This document shows, piece by piece, positions 9,371 through 19,505 of a stretch of DNA of 64,000 nt. Below the pieces are notes generated by a model that saw only the letters and a list, made by a program, of their open reading frames with translations, was not told where the DNA came from and made no database searches. Origin of the DNA: Minisyncoccota bacterium (GTDB lineage: Bacteria > Patescibacteriota > Minisyncoccia > Phycocordibacterales > DATDWN01). The translations under genes were made by a program, and so were the position numbers. How positions within the stretch are numbered: the stretch's first letter is position 1; each line of letters opens with the position of its first letter. The DNA lies in assembly GCA_041658985.1 (NCBI GenBank), contig JBAZZC010000006.1, positions 2,369 to 66,368 of the forward strand. Direction: 5' to 3'.

Positions 9371-9776
9371 ATGATTCAACAAGATTTTAATTTTTATTTA
9401 TCCCTAAGGTTGTGCCTTTAAAATTATTGTTTTTATAAACGAAAAAGAGGCGGCGGGGACTCTGCTGGCAGTCCCCACCCCTCTCGTGTTCCTTGGCCAG
9501 AGTGCCTCGCTCCCTCGAGAGCTACTGGCCGTCAATCCACACATCTGACCGTGTCGTGTCGCTACTGGCCAGTCGAGGTCGCCGTCGGCGCCATCTTGGT
9601 GGTTGTCGCCGCCGCCGTCGTCCTGGTCTTCGCCGTGCGTCGCTTCGTCGCCGTGGTCATTTCCTGCACCTCCTGTGTCCCGGAAAGAGTTGACGTGGAT
9701 GACGCGACTCCGCGATGCCATCCTCTATTAGCATAACAAAACAGTATTTACTGTGTCAATAGTTATCCACAGCACC

Positions 9777-10592
9777 CTAAAACACTAGAAATAGAATTAT
9801 TGCCAAGACTACCCTATACCAAATAAAGAGATTAAGGTTGTGAGTTTTAAGATAATTAATTAAAAAATTTATGGCAAATAGACCAGTAATAAAAGCCGTG
9901 ATACATCCAAGTAAAAGTGGTAAACCAAAATCCATAGAAAGTAACCCATGGCGAACTTCAAAAAGTTTTTTCAGTCCAGCCCCTAATAAAACCGGAATGG
10001 AAAGCAGGAAACTAAATCTCACAGCTTCATCTTTACTAAGACCTGCGATTAATCCACCAGAAATAGTTGAGCCAGAACGAGACATGCCTGGAACCAAAGC
10101 CAAACACTGAAACAGACCAATTATTATTCCCCTGACCCATGAGAGTGATTTGTTTTGTTTGGCTGTTTTTTCCGCATACCAAAAAAGAATACTCCCGAGA
10201 ATTAAAGTCAGGGCCACCAGCTCCACATTACGAAAAATTGTCTCCATCCAGTTTTCAAATATAAGACCAAAAAAAACGGCTGGAATTGTACCAAGCAAAA
10301 TCGCATAAATTAATGTTTTATTTGCTTGTAATTCCATGTTTTTCCGCCTAATGGTTCGCCAAACATCCTTAATTAATGGCCAAATATCTCCCCAAAAATA
10401 GATAATAAGTGCTAAGGTAGCCGATAACTGCAAAATAGCATCAAAAGCCAGACCACTTAAATCATTTGTATCAAAAAGCCTCCTGAATATGATAAGGTGG
10501 CCGGAGGACGAAACAGGAATAAATTCTGTTGCTCCTTCTATAAAACCAAGTATTATTGCTACAACGTACGTCATATAGTACAATGTTAGCAC
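9777..10592 (-). CDS. uppP: Undecaprenyl-diphosphatase (UppP/BacA)
   Basis: 271-aa polytopic membrane protein with BacA motifs (SRSGSTI, PGMSRSG-like). Confidence 0.85.
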   Translation of the reverse strand: MLTLYYMTYVVAIILGFIEGATEFIPVSSSGHLIIFRRLFDTNDLSGLAFDAILQLSATLALIIYFWGDIWPLIKDVWRTIRRKNMELQANKTLIYAILLGTIPAVFFGLIFENWMETIFRNVELVALTLILGSILFWYAEKTAKQNKSLSWVRGIIIGLFQCLALVPGMSRSGSTISGGLIAGLSKDEAVRFSFLLSIPVLLGAGLKKLFEVRHGLLSMDFGLPLLLGCITAFITGLFAINFLINYLKTHNLNLFIWYRVVLAIILFLVF

Positions 10593-10616
10593 AAAATTAA
10601 AATTAACTTAAAAAAT

Positions 10617-11309
10617 ATGAGTGTAGAAAAATTGTCTGTACCAATAGCCATCGTAATTGCCGGAGGTCTAATAGCTGGGGCTTTATATTATTCAAACACA
10701 AAGGCTCCAAGCCAAGTAGTAAACAACAATGTACCACCAACAAACAATAATCTTGAGATGAAACCTGTTTCGTCCGATGACCACATCTTAGGAAACCCAA
10801 ATGCAGATATAATAATAGTGGAATATTCAGACCCCGAATGTCCATTTTGTAAAACATTTCATACTACATTACAAAGAGTCATGACTGAATATGGCAAGGA
10901 CGGTAAGGTCGCTTGGGTTTACAGACATTTTCCTATAGACCAATTACATTCAAAAGCACGAAAAGAAGCAGAGGCAACAGAATGTGCTAATGAACTTGGT
11001 GGTGACGGAAAATTTTGGGAATATATTAACCTCTTATATCAGACAACAAATTCAAATAACTCTTTAGACCCAGCAGAGTTACCTAAAATAGCAAAAACAG
11101 TAGGACTTAATGTTGATGCGTTTAATACCTGCTTATCAAGTGGAAAATATGCTGAAAAAGTGGAAGCTAATTATCAAGATGCAGTAAAAGCCGGTGGACG
11201 AGGTACTCCGAACTCAATAATTCTTTCAAAAGATGGCACAAAAACACCCATTGAAGGAGCCATGCCTTATGAGTCTCTCAAGGGTATCATAGACGCCTTA
11301 CTGAAGTAG
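10617..11309 (+). CDS. Membrane-anchored DsbA-family thiol:disulfide oxidoreductase (CPFC active site)
   Basis: N-terminal TM segment, thioredoxin fold with YSDPECPFC, and a DsbA-like helical insertion. Confidence 0.7.
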   Translation: MSVEKLSVPIAIVIAGGLIAGALYYSNTKAPSQVVNNNVPPTNNNLEMKPVSSDDHILGNPNADIIIVEYSDPECPFCKTFHTTLQRVMTEYGKDGKVAWVYRHFPIDQLHSKARKEAEATECANELGGDGKFWEYINLLYQTTNSNNSLDPAELPKIAKTVGLNVDAFNTCLSSGKYAEKVEANYQDAVKAGGRGTPNSIILSKDGTKTPIEGAMPYESLKGIIDALLK

Positions 11310-14270
11310 TTTGCGATAACCGCAATATTTACATTCCCTATCTGAACAATATTCAGTGGTGATTTTACCACTCCAGACACTTTCTATAACAGATTGAATT
11401 TCTTGTTTCACTCGTTTTACATCATCTTCTTCTACTGGAAGTGTTATCGTTGGACACCTGCCTTTGTCATCTGGAGATACAAAAACCAGTGACGTAGAAA
11501 TCTTTTTTGTTCGCCACTCACGGTTGTTTTGCAAAAGCAATTTGTAAAAAATAAGTTGTCTAAAATAATTACCGTCATCATTTTTTGTCTCTCCTTTAAT
11601 AGCTTCAACGGACATTTTTTGCCGAGTCTTATAGTCAAAAACAGCAGTCTCATCCCCCGTATCAATAATAACATCAAGTTTGCCGTGAACAGGAATGGTT
11701 ACTTTCTCTTTTTTATATACTCCATCAAATGGAAACTTTATCCATCTTTCTGTTGACACAATTCCTTTAGTATTAAAGTGTTCAGTTAAAGCAACAGCTA
11801 CTGCAGGAGTATTTTCAATTAATTCTTTTTTTAGGGCTTCTTTGTCGCCGGGAGAAAGCAGAGATTTATCAATATATTCCGTAATTCTGGTCGCAATAAT
11901 TTTTTCTATTTTTTTAGGAGAATGTTCTTGCTCTCTCCACACTTCCGATAAGGCATCGTGCATGCTACTTCCCTTCTCGGCTGAAACTGACGGAGCCTGT
12001 GGTAATTTTAAAATACTCTCATACATAAACTTGCTTGGACATTCTAAAAAGTGATTTAAGGCCGTGACAGACAAACCATTCTCCAACAGAACTCTCTTTG
12101 CTTCACTTATCATTAAATCATTGTACTCACTATTTATAGTTTTGCCTTTTGCGTTCTCTAGGGAGATATCACTTCTAGGCAAAGAAACTGTGACAACATT
12201 GTCTTTGTGCAGTTCATCCACAAATCGAAGGGGGGTTAAGGTTTTCCCGTCTGACTCTTCTAAAGAAGACAAAATAACTGCGTGCTTGCGAGCGCGGGTT
12301 ATGGCCACATAAAACAATCGCCTAATATCTCGAACGTCGTGGTCCCTTAAATTTTTCTCTGGAAGAATAAAAGAGGAGCCGTGAGACCTCCCCACCCAAG
12401 TCTCCTCGCTGGTGTATGGCATAAAGATATAATCAAATTCTAATCCCTTTGACCCGTGAGCAGTCATGGCTTTGATTGGAAAATCTGGTGCACCGACAGA
12501 AACCTTAACGGTCTTTGATTCAGCTGACTGTCTATGAGCCAACATTATTTTCATTAACTCTGTCGGATTATCTATGTCTCCATCACGAGCCAGTGACTCT
12601 GCTAGAGTAATAATAGCTCGCCAGACATGAACAAATGATGGGTCTCTGGAGACCAGAGCGGTAAACCCAGATTCTTCTCCACAATGGATAATTCCTCCTA
12701 CCGCCCCACTATCTAACATTCTTTTTTTAATATTTAAAATAGCCGGTATCTGTTTGTCTAATTCAGAAACCTGGCCGGACCTCAGTAAACGAATAATCTC
12801 TACCGCCTTACCAAAATTCAGACCCCACATACCAATAGCTAAAGTTTTACTGAGGGCATCAATTTTTGATGGGTCTACAACATATTCAATTAAATCAAAG
12901 AAGGCCATGCCAATAGGGTGATGAAAAATATCTAAACTTCTTTCCGAAGAAACAGAAATACCATGTGATTCAAGGACCCTTAAAACCCTTTCTAATTCAC
13001 GATTCCTTCTTGTAATAACCGCCACTGTCGCCTTGGGTTCATCTTTGGAAATTTTTCTAAGCTCATCTACCAAATATTTTTCGGTGGCAGAAGTGTTTTC
13101 TCCGATGACTATATCAAGAGGCCTCTTTTTTAAATCACTCCCAGGTTTTAACTGTACTCTGAGGTCTACATACTGCCCCTCATCATAATTATTTTCAATC
13201 ATAGCAAAACTGGCGTCCAATATTCCTTGATGTGACCGATAATTAGTGTTAAGAGCAATGACTTCCATGGATGGCCATCTTTTTTGCAGAGATAAAAAGT
13301 TGTCCACCGAGGCCCCTTGAAAACGATATATAGCCTGCTTTTCATCACCAACTATAAAAATATTTGGGGTCTCAAAAAATTCGGCAATTAAACTAATAAT
13401 ATAATTCTGGGCATCATTTGTGTCCTGATGTTCATCAACTAGTATGTAAAGAAATCTTTCTTGGACCAACCTCAACAACAGCTGGTCGGTACGCAAAGCC
13501 ACAAGAAATTCTATTATTAAATCATCATAGTCACGTAACTTTGCAGAATTTTTTTCTTCTTCGTATTTTTCGTATAAGTCAGCAAATAAAAAAGTCTTGT
13601 CTAATTTTTCTAATTTTTCTAGTGCCTCTGCTTTTAATTTGCCTTTGGTGATTCCTCTGGTAGATATATTTGACTCGTCATTTTTTGTTTTTTTTGTTTC
13701 TGCTTTGACATATTCCCGTACCATACTAGGAGTTAGGGCTTCTTTTTTTGAATCAGATATGGCTTTGATTATGGAAGATATGTAGGCGTCTGGCCGACTA
13801 AGCGGTCTAAGGGAAGTAAATCTTTGGTCTGTGAGAATGGAGCGGACGATCGATTCCTGTTCAACATCCGTCATTTGTTTAAAATCTCCTATCCTAATAA
13901 AGTGGTCAGGATATTCAGCCATCATAGCAGAAGCAAATCCATGAAAGGTGTGAATGTAAACATCGTGAGCCTCACTACCAATTACTTCCCGAAGTTTTTC
14001 TCGCATGGCTTTTACTCCAGCATCAGTATAGGTAATGGCTAAAATGCCGTGTGCTGGTGTGTCTGTTTTTCGTAAAATTTGAGCGATTCGTAGAGTCAAA
14101 ATTGTGGTTTTCCCGGTACCTGGACCAGCCACTACCAAAACCGGACCATCAATAGTATCAACCGCTTTTTTTTGTTCTGCGTTTAGTTTTTTATATTTTT
14201 CCTCAAATTCTTTACTAGAGATCATATGTATAGGATAACACGAAAATAGTTCCGTGTTGATTGGGGACAT
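11298..14270 (-). CDS. UvrD/PcrA-family SF1 helicase fused to a C-terminal Cas4/RecB-type PD-(D/E)xK nuclease with a 4-Cys cluster (AddA/AdnB-like)
   Basis: Walker A GPGTGKT, SF1 motifs and a DEHQD box. The C-terminus has ...CPSKF... plus VIIDTGDETAVFDYKT plus C-SDRE-C-KY-C. Confidence 0.85.
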   Translation of the reverse strand: MSPINTELFSCYPIHMISSKEFEEKYKKLNAEQKKAVDTIDGPVLVVAGPGTGKTTILTLRIAQILRKTDTPAHGILAITYTDAGVKAMREKLREVIGSEAHDVYIHTFHGFASAMMAEYPDHFIRIGDFKQMTDVEQESIVRSILTDQRFTSLRPLSRPDAYISSIIKAISDSKKEALTPSMVREYVKAETKKTKNDESNISTRGITKGKLKAEALEKLEKLDKTFLFADLYEKYEEEKNSAKLRDYDDLIIEFLVALRTDQLLLRLVQERFLYILVDEHQDTNDAQNYIISLIAEFFETPNIFIVGDEKQAIYRFQGASVDNFLSLQKRWPSMEVIALNTNYRSHQGILDASFAMIENNYDEGQYVDLRVQLKPGSDLKKRPLDIVIGENTSATEKYLVDELRKISKDEPKATVAVITRRNRELERVLRVLESHGISVSSERSLDIFHHPIGMAFFDLIEYVVDPSKIDALSKTLAIGMWGLNFGKAVEIIRLLRSGQVSELDKQIPAILNIKKRMLDSGAVGGIIHCGEESGFTALVSRDPSFVHVWRAIITLAESLARDGDIDNPTELMKIMLAHRQSAESKTVKVSVGAPDFPIKAMTAHGSKGLEFDYIFMPYTSEETWVGRSHGSSFILPEKNLRDHDVRDIRRLFYVAITRARKHAVILSSLEESDGKTLTPLRFVDELHKDNVVTVSLPRSDISLENAKGKTINSEYNDLMISEAKRVLLENGLSVTALNHFLECPSKFMYESILKLPQAPSVSAEKGSSMHDALSEVWREQEHSPKKIEKIIATRITEYIDKSLLSPGDKEALKKELIENTPAVAVALTEHFNTKGIVSTERWIKFPFDGVYKKEKVTIPVHGKLDVIIDTGDETAVFDYKTRQKMSVEAIKGETKNDDGNYFRQLIFYKLLLQNNREWRTKKISTSLVFVSPDDKGRCPTITLPVEEDDVKRVKQEIQSVIESVWSGKITTEYCSDRECKYCGYRKLLQ

Positions 14271-14288
14271 GGTGACCTCAACACGGAA

Positions 14289-14486
14289 CTATTCAGCGAC
14301 ACAAACTGGAACTGGAGGTAAGACAACCGCCTTCCAGACCCCTTCTTGGTGATTGAACTCCATATCCTCAAGAAGTTTCCAGCACTCATCACAGTAGCGA
14401 TACCCCTGAAAAATGACACGAACTTTCTTTCCGTGGCAGAATGGGCAACGCCTCTCGCCATCCTTGATATACGAAGCTTCAATCAT
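14289..14486 (-). CDS. Small C4 zinc-ribbon protein co-transcribed upstream of the helicase-nuclease
   Basis: CPFCHG...YCDEC. RBS GGAGGT lies 4 nt before the ATG at 14486. Palindrome ATGACCATGGGGTCAT sits just upstream. 18 nt separate it from the helicase start. Confidence 0.5.
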   Translation of the reverse strand: MIEASYIKDGERRCPFCHGKKVRVIFQGYRYCDECWKLLEDMEFNHQEGVWKAVVLPPVPVCVAE

Positions 14487-14562
14487 GTGACCTCCAAAAA
14501 ACAAATATGACCCCATGGTCATTTCGCATTTATAGTAACATTTTATATTTTTTTACACAAAC

Positions 14563-14620
14563 AAAAAAGCCTCGTGCCGGTGGGGATGCCCACATTGGGC
14601 ACCCCACCTACACGAGACCG
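14563..14620 (-). terminator. Rho-independent terminator of GC-island gene 1
   Basis: GGTGGGGATGCCCA-CAT-TGGGCACCCCACC stem followed by a U-run on the minus strand. Confidence 0.6.
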
Positions 14621-14622
14621 CG

Positions 14623-15240
14623 TCAGAAGTTCAGCCTTAGACCGGCCGAACCCCCAACTTTCTTCCCTTCCTTGACCGGCGCGACCCAGAGGTCGAACGG
14701 ACCGAACGACCTCTCAATGTACGGCCCGGTTCCGACGAACCGAGTGGAATTGGCCCCGAGCTTCCAGGAGCCGAGACGGACGGTGCCGGTGTACCGATAC
14801 CAGTATCCGCTCCCGCCGTTCTCATGTGAACTCTCAAGAGTCACTCGACCCTTGCTAATCCACAAGTTGCCTGCGAAGCGAAGTGGCTTCCTGTTGGTCT
14901 CCGCACCAACCAAGAAAGCCACCTGGATGGAGTCAACGGGGGCAAACGTCAGACCGACGAGCCCTTCGGCCCATTTCTCGGTTGACCACTGTCCCCCATC
15001 CTCTGTCCACTGGTTCGTGCCCCACCCCCACACGGCCCACCCGAACTTGCCCTTGATGGGGCCTTCCAGATAGACCGTAACCGAGGGGCTCGTATGCCCC
15101 CCAACGTACTCGTTGTACGATTCGACGAATCGAGTTGGCTCCTGCGCCGACGCCGGCACAAGTGAGGCCACCATCATGACGAGCAAGATGATGACCGTGA
15201 CACCGAAAGTCCGCGGACGAGTATCCAGTGTGATGTCCAT
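14623..15240 (-). CDS. GC-rich secreted protein, possibly an outer-membrane beta-barrel (signal peptide, C-terminal ...LRLNF)
   Basis: 205 aa with an SP ending ASAQ. It has alternating hydrophobic beta-strand-like segments and a C-terminal Phe. ~62% GC with its own promoter and terminator. Confidence 0.5.
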   Translation of the reverse strand: MDITLDTRPRTFGVTVIILLVMMVASLVPASAQEPTRFVESYNEYVGGHTSPSVTVYLEGPIKGKFGWAVWGWGTNQWTEDGGQWSTEKWAEGLVGLTFAPVDSIQVAFLVGAETNRKPLRFAGNLWISKGRVTLESSHENGGSGYWYRYTGTVRLGSWKLGANSTRFVGTGPYIERSFGPFDLWVAPVKEGKKVGGSAGLRLNF

Positions 15241-15254
15241 TGAAACCTCTTTGG

Positions 15255-15330
15255 AATCGGCTGGGGCGACATGCCCCTCTGCTCACAACAATAGCACCAA
15301 AATATTAAATTGTCAATATAAAATTTTGAT
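15255..15330 (-). promoter_or_regulatory. Promoter/5'UTR module of island gene 1 (TTGACA-17-TATTGT, then a GGGGC..GCCCC hairpin)
   Basis: 40 nt are nearly identical to 16085-16125 upstream of the paralogue. Confidence 0.5.
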
Positions 15331-15333
15331 ACG

Positions 15334-15384
15334 AAAAAAGCCCCGTGCCTGCGGAACCCGAGATGGGTTCCGCCGCACGAGACC
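15334..15384 (-). terminator. Rho-independent terminator of GC-island gene 2
   Basis: GCGGAACCC-GAGAT-GGGTTCCGC followed by a U-run. The outer flanks are shared with the terminator at 14563-14620. Confidence 0.6.
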
Positions 15385-15389
15385 GCGCA

Positions 15390-16064
15390 CTACTTGGTCG
15401 ACGCCCAGTGGACACCGACGTAGTACATGTACTGCTTCGCGTTCCCGTTCCGAGAGACGCTCCCGGTAACCGAGAAGTTGTTGTTGACCCTCTGGGTGTA
15501 CGACACCCCAGGGATCCGGTTCAGCGGGTCGTCGAGGAAGTTGAGAAGCGTGTAAGTCAAGCCGACAGGCCCGATATTGGCGTTGAAGCTCGCCAAGTAC
15601 CCAATCCACAGCTTCTCGGGGTTAACCCCGGAGCGCCAGTTCCTCGGCTCGACGCCGATGAACAGACACGGCCACTGAAAAGTCCCTACCGAGACCTCCT
15701 GCCCGGCAATCTTGCCGACCGGCAGACTCATATTCAGGTAGGGACCGACCCACGGAGAGCCCTGGAAGTGCCCAGCCGAACCGGCGACGGTTCCTGTGAG
15801 CTTTCCGAGCTTGAACTCGGGCCCCCAGACAACCCACGCCTGCTCCTGCTGAAATGCCACCTCGAGAAGATGGCCCCGGCCGTTCTTGAAGTCGACGATC
15901 CCGGTTATGCCAGAGCTGATCGGATCCTCACCGGCGGACACCGTGGCACCGGACAGCTTGTAGCCGCCGGGGTCCGCAGGCGGAGTCGCCGTCTGTGCCT
16001 GCGCCGCGAACGGCGTGAGACAGAGGACAAACAGGATGGATGCGACGAGTGTCTGTCTCTTCAC
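15390..16064 (-). CDS. Paralogous GC-rich secreted protein (GTG start, signal peptide ...AAQAQ)
   Basis: Start moved to the GTG at 16064, behind the duplicated promoter module. N-terminal signal peptide; overall similar architecture to 14623-15240. Confidence 0.45.
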   Translation of the reverse strand: MKRQTLVASILFVLCLTPFAAQAQTATPPADPGGYKLSGATVSAGEDPISSGITGIVDFKNGRGHLLEVAFQQEQAWVVWGPEFKLGKLTGTVAGSAGHFQGSPWVGPYLNMSLPVGKIAGQEVSVGTFQWPCLFIGVEPRNWRSGVNPEKLWIGYLASFNANIGPVGLTYTLLNFLDDPLNRIPGVSYTQRVNNNFSVTGSVSRNGNAKQYMYYVGVHWASTK

Positions 16065-16084
16065 GTTGGTCCTTTCGGTATCTT

Positions 16085-16140
16085 GGAGGCGACATGCCCC
16101 TCTGCTCACAACAATAGCACCAAACATCCATTTTGTCAAT
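16085..16140 (-). promoter_or_regulatory. Duplicated promoter/5'UTR module of island gene 2
   Basis: TTGACA...TATTGT plus the same GC hairpin as upstream of gene 1. Confidence 0.45.
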
Positions 16141-16202
16141 ATATCTCCTCCCCCCACCTTCACACAATAAAACCTTTAATCTCGTTGAACTAAAATCTTT
16201 TT

Positions 16203-16310
16203 GGAACATCCGCAGGCTTCCAGCATAGTTCTGTCAAGGCATCCCTTCTTGACAGATGGAAGCCGAGGACATGAACAAACCCAAGCGCTGGCTTGGGTTT
16301 GTGTTTTCAA
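16203..16310 (+). ncRNA. Candidate small RNA: nested 5' hairpin plus an intrinsic terminator, with no upstream plus-strand gene
   Basis: GCTTCCA..CTGTCAAG..CTTGACAG..TGGAAGC followed by CAAACCCAAGC-GCTG-GCTTGGGTTTG and TGTTTT. Confidence 0.2.
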
Positions 16311-16339
16311 AAAGGTTTTGGTGAAAAAGAGATTAAAAA

Positions 16340-17659
16340 TTAATAATAACTTCTCAGTCGATTTATCTTCTCATGCTGTCTTATCTTCTCATGTGCCTTG
16401 GCTTCAATCTGTCTGATACGCTCACGAGTAACCCCAAACTCCTTCCCCACTTCTTCTAGGGTATGCGTCACACCATCAACTAACCCGTGTCGAAGCTCTA
16501 AAATCTTTCTCTCTTTCTCTGGTAAGTCATTTAGAATTTCCTTGACTTGGTCAGAAATAATTCGTCTAGCCGACTCCTGCTCTGGAGACAATATTTTTTC
16601 ATCAGCCAAAAAGTCACCGAGTTTGCTTTTACTATCATCTTCATTTTCTCCTATCGGAGCTTCAAGCGAAAGAGTGCTTTGGTCAATTTTTTCAATAGTA
16701 TAAATTTTATCAACAGGAAGATTCATTTCAATAGCAATCTCTTCTGGTAGTGGGTCACGCCCCAAGTCCTGACTAAGACGCCTGACTACCTGTTTATACT
16801 TGGCAATGGTTTCCACCATGTGCACTGGAACACGAATGGTTCGTGACTGGTCCGCTAAAGCCCGAGTGATGGCCTGACGAATCCACCAGGTAGCATAGGT
16901 AGAAAACTTGTAACCCTTAGTCCAATCAAACTTACTAACGGCCTTAAAAAGGCCCAGGTTTCCCTCTTGTATGAGGTCAAGAAGCGTAAGGTCAGGACTT
17001 CGGTTAGCATATTTCTTGGCAATGGAAACCACCAAGCGTAAGTTAGCACGTGCTAAAAGATTTATAGCCTCAATATCTCCTTTTTCTATACGTTTTGCCA
17101 GTTCCTTTTCTTGACCACCGGAGATAAGTTGATATTGGCCAATTTCTTTAAGATACATCTGGATTGAATCGTAGGAAGATTCCCCACCACGACCATATGA
17201 ATATTTTTTGTTTAAGAGGTCATCACTTAAAGGCGACTCCAATAGTCCGCCCCCCTCCAAAATATCAATACCACTTACTGATAATTTTTCATAGAGTTCA
17301 TCGAGAAAAATAATATCATCTTCAATTGTTGGAAATTCTTTCAGAATCTCATCATAAGTTACATAACCTCTTTCTTTACCTTTGGCTAAAAGCCTAATTA
17401 ACCCCTCGCTTTGTTTATCAGCTTTTTTCATCACCACCTCTTTTTTCTTGGGGAGTGTCTTTGAAGCTCTCATAGCTAAAGAAGTTCTGCTCTTTTTCTT
17501 TTTGCGAATTTTTGGTACAACAAATTTTTTAGATTTTTGTAACTTACGTTTTATGTGTTTTTTGGATGCCTTTACCTTAGCTTTTACCAATTTTTTAGTA
17601 TGCTGTCGTGGTTTATGCCCAGTCTCTTTCTTGTTTTTTGTTTTTTTCTTTTTTTTCAT
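16340..17659 (-). CDS. rpoD: RNA polymerase sigma-70 (RpoD) with an ~80-aa Lys-rich N-terminal tail
   Basis: Regions 1.2, 2 ([12 protein letters not shown]), 3 and 4 ([20 protein letters not shown]). The N-terminus is a [11 protein letters not shown]... low-complexity tail. Confidence 0.9.
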   Translation of the reverse strand: MKKKKKTKNKKETGHKPRQHTKKLVKAKVKASKKHIKRKLQKSKKFVVPKIRKKKKSRTSLAMRASKTLPKKKEVVMKKADKQSEGLIRLLAKGKERGYVTYDEILKEFPTIEDDIIFLDELYEKLSVSGIDILEGGGLLESPLSDDLLNKKYSYGRGGESSYDSIQMYLKEIGQYQLISGGQEKELAKRIEKGDIEAINLLARANLRLVVSIAKKYANRSPDLTLLDLIQEGNLGLFKAVSKFDWTKGYKFSTYATWWIRQAITRALADQSRTIRVPVHMVETIAKYKQVVRRLSQDLGRDPLPEEIAIEMNLPVDKIYTIEKIDQSTLSLEAPIGENEDDSKSKLGDFLADEKILSPEQESARRIISDQVKEILNDLPEKERKILELRHGLVDGVTHTLEEVGKEFGVTRERIRQIEAKAHEKIRQHEKINRLRSYY

Positions 17660-17660
17660 T

Positions 17661-19397
17661 TTATATTATTTTGCTTTTAATTAAATTGATTTGTTGTGAC
17701 AAAACCTGACACTCTTCTAAATATTTTGATATTTCCTTTTCGTTTTTTGATTGTTCAGCTTTTTGAAGATTTATCATGGCTATAGCAAACTCTTGTTTCA
17801 AATATTCTTCCTCCAATCCTAAAAGCAAATAATCAATATCCTTTTTTAAATTATTTTTGCCACCATAGTAACTTTCTATTTCAAACAAAAGTAGGTCCCT
17901 TTCTTTCTCGTGTTGACTTACAAGTTGTTCCATTCTGTCTCCAAAAATTTCTTTGGCTTTTTTTTCTATTTCTTCAATATCAATATTATTTTCTGTCGTA
18001 GCTTGCGCCTTATATGTTAAAGGGTTCAATCCTTTTTGCCATATAATAATACCCAAGATTCTTCTTTCCATAGCTTCTATACGTTTTCTTGGTATAGAAA
18101 CCTGCCCCTCATCTTTTAAAATATTTACGGAATCCGTTCCGACCAATTTCAAATCATCCCACAGAGCCTCCTCTTTTATAAAGGTTTTTTGGGCAATGCT
18201 TTTTATAAAGTGAGCTTTTTCTATGGTACTAGTTAGTAAAGCAATATAAGGTAAGACATTTTTTCTTATCTCTTGGCCAAGTTTGCGGGGTTCTAGATTA
18301 CGAGAAAGCAAATTATCTGTGTAAAAATCGATTATGTGTTTAGAATTTTTTAAACACTCTCTCAGTTTTGTTGGGTCATCCTTAGCTAAATCAGCTGGGT
18401 CAAACCCTTCTGGTATGGTAGCCAACTTTAATTCCATACCCATAGAAAGTGCTAAACGACTACTTCTATCCGAAGCAGAGAAACCAGCACTGTCGCCATC
18501 ATATGACATAATAATTCTGTTTGAAAGTCGACGAAGTTTAATGAGATGATTTTCGGTCAGAGCTGTACCAGACGAAGCAACTGTATTTGTAATACCAACC
18601 TGATGGAGCATTATTAAGTCCATTTGCCCTTCTACCAAAATTGAATAATCTTTTAGTCGGATGTCTTTTTTGGCTTTATCCAACCCGAACAAAATTTCTG
18701 ATTTATTAAATAGAGCCGTTTCTGGACTATTGAGATATTTTGGCGATTTGTCATCAGAAATCAGAATCCTTCCCGAAAAACCAACCACTCTTCCTGATGA
18801 GTCATTAATTGGAAACATAATTCTCCCACGAAAAGTGTCGTAGTGGGAATCTTCTGTACCCTCTTTTCTTTTTATTAAACCAACAGAAAGCATGTCTTTC
18901 GGAGTTACATCTCTATCTAAAAGATATTCGTATAAATCTCGCCACTCTACAGAACTTAAACCCAGACGAAAATCTTTTATTGTTTTATCTGTTATCCCCC
19001 TATTATAGAGATAATCCAGGGCTTGTTTGTCTTCTGATAACCTTTTCTCATAAAAGAAAACGGCTTGTTCTAAAATTGAGTGTAGCTTTTGTTTTTCTGT
19101 TTTTTCCCCGGCATTATATTGTTCCAATTCTACTCCCGCTTTTTCAGCTAGAACTTTCAAACTACCAATAAAATCCAGCCCTTCAAACTCCTGAACAAAG
19201 GTAAATATATCCCCCTTGGCCTGACATCCAAAACAATAATAACTTCCCCTATCTGGAGAAACAAAAAAGGATGGTGTCTTTTCATTATGAAATGGACACT
19301 TACCTTTAAAATTACTTCCCGCTTTCTCTAACTTCATATAACTAGAGATAAGTGAGACAATATCTATTTTTGATTTGATTTGGTCTACAGAGGACAT
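17661..19397 (-). CDS. dnaG: DNA primase DnaG
   Basis: Zinc-binding domain [11 protein letters not shown]...CFGC, TOPRIM domain (EGQMD) and a C-terminal helical domain. Its stop lies 2 nt from the rpoD start. Confidence 0.9.
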   Translation of the reverse strand: MSSVDQIKSKIDIVSLISSYMKLEKAGSNFKGKCPFHNEKTPSFFVSPDRGSYYCFGCQAKGDIFTFVQEFEGLDFIGSLKVLAEKAGVELEQYNAGEKTEKQKLHSILEQAVFFYEKRLSEDKQALDYLYNRGITDKTIKDFRLGLSSVEWRDLYEYLLDRDVTPKDMLSVGLIKRKEGTEDSHYDTFRGRIMFPINDSSGRVVGFSGRILISDDKSPKYLNSPETALFNKSEILFGLDKAKKDIRLKDYSILVEGQMDLIMLHQVGITNTVASSGTALTENHLIKLRRLSNRIIMSYDGDSAGFSASDRSSRLALSMGMELKLATIPEGFDPADLAKDDPTKLRECLKNSKHIIDFYTDNLLSRNLEPRKLGQEIRKNVLPYIALLTSTIEKAHFIKSIAQKTFIKEEALWDDLKLVGTDSVNILKDEGQVSIPRKRIEAMERRILGIIIWQKGLNPLTYKAQATTENNIDIEEIEKKAKEIFGDRMEQLVSQHEKERDLLLFEIESYYGGKNNLKKDIDYLLLGLEEEYLKQEFAIAMINLQKAEQSKNEKEISKYLEECQVLSQQINLIKSKII

Positions 19398-19505
19398 GGA
19401 TTTAAAATGAGTCTACAAAGTCCTTAAAGTCAAAAGTCTTTAAAGTAGATACCCCCATCCTGGATTAGCTTTATGGACTTTATAGACTTTATGAACTTTT
19501 GACTG

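Noticed and set aside
9404-9721. 105-aa acidic ORF in the 9230-9730 GC island as a real gene
   Set aside because: It reads through a strong hairpin plus T-run terminator and lacks an SD. The other frames are Arg-rich artefacts of the GC-rich sequence.
14507-16209. Plus-strand ORFs (14507-15073, 15113-15469, 15345-16193) and other overlapping ORFs inside the 14540-16320 GC island
   Set aside because: They are antisense to the two signal-peptide genes, which have promoters, RBSs and terminators. GC-rich DNA yields long spurious ORFs.
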